This document shows, piece by piece, positions 33,392-33,899 of a stretch of 33,899 nt of DNA (position 1 is the stretch's first letter; the number at the start of each line of letters is the position of its first letter). This stretch comes from Callorhinchus milii (lineage: Eukaryota). The notes below the pieces were generated by a model. That model worked only from the letters and a program-made list of their open reading frames with translations, searched no databases and was not told the DNA's origin. The stretch is taken from NCBI RefSeq assembly GCF_018977255.1, contig NW_024705575.1:1-33899 (forward strand), given 5' to 3'. Both the position numbers and the translations under genes were made by a program.

Positions 33392-33735
33392 CAGGGTGTC
33401 CATAAAAGGTACCATTAATAAAGACGTATGATTAGACAGTTTGAACTGTGTGCTTGAAATGTTTAACTTATGAGTCTACCCAAGTTTTGTATTTTATTCT
33501 AAACGCTTGAGTAATCTTGAACAACATGAAATAGAAGCATTCAAAACCATCAAACCCGGAGATGTTCGTGAATATCTCGTTTCTTGACACTGCTGTCACA
33601 ATACCATGGTGGATGTGTGGTTTAGAAGGATTAAATAAAATCTTAATACTACCAGTGTGTATTTCATAGACCTAGCTCAAGCTGCTGTTTAATTGTATAT
33701 ATTTAATCATTCATAATACCCTTATGGACACCCTT
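33392..33735. mobile_element. Tc1/mariner-type MITE
   Basis: TIRs cagggtgtccataa / ttatggacaccct(t); TA present on the right flank only. Confidence 0.6.
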
Positions 33736-33899
33736 TAGTTCTGCAATTCGCTTTAGCATGTTGCTATAAGATGCCAGAGGTGCAATGCACAGTCTTAATA
33801 GTTGAAACAAAAGCCACTGGCCAAATTGCTTCGACAGTGGTCAGCCAATTTTTGTTATTGCTGTATGTTGTAGAGTTTAAATTGCTGCCTGCTTTATAG

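Noticed and set aside
26600..33899. Intronic SNORA54, which human NAP1L4 hosts
   Set aside because: I found no matching guide pocket or convincing H/ACA fold by eye; it may lie outside the window and needs an Rfam search.

Overview
This is eukaryotic, vertebrate-type genomic DNA with no prokaryotic features. The repeat content and divergent proteins suggest a fish or cyclostome such as hagfish, but that is only an inference. The + strand carries two intron-containing housekeeping genes in tandem. The first is the last 14 coding exons of cytoplasmic cysteinyl-tRNA synthetase CARS1 (356-11052, KMSKS motif at 3767-3781). The second is the promoter, a probable non-coding first exon and the first 8 coding exons of a NAP1L1/NAP1L4-type nucleosome assembly protein (ATG 25159; the gene runs off the right edge). 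This matches the CARS1 -> NAP1L4 order of human 11p15. Four single-base deletions in short homopolymers break the exon frames and are probably assembly errors. Introns and the intergenic region are dense with mobile DNA: an OC1/Charlie-type hAT transposon with perfect TIRs and an 8-bp TSD, a V-SINE, MITEs, and a Helentron-like foldback family with a 33-bp hairpin array. The most notable signal is two families of short Penelope-like (PLE) insertions carrying about 10 minimal hammerhead ribozyme motifs. Their stems covary between copies, several are arranged as long hairpins with TSDs, and a GIY-YIG endonuclease remnant lies among them.
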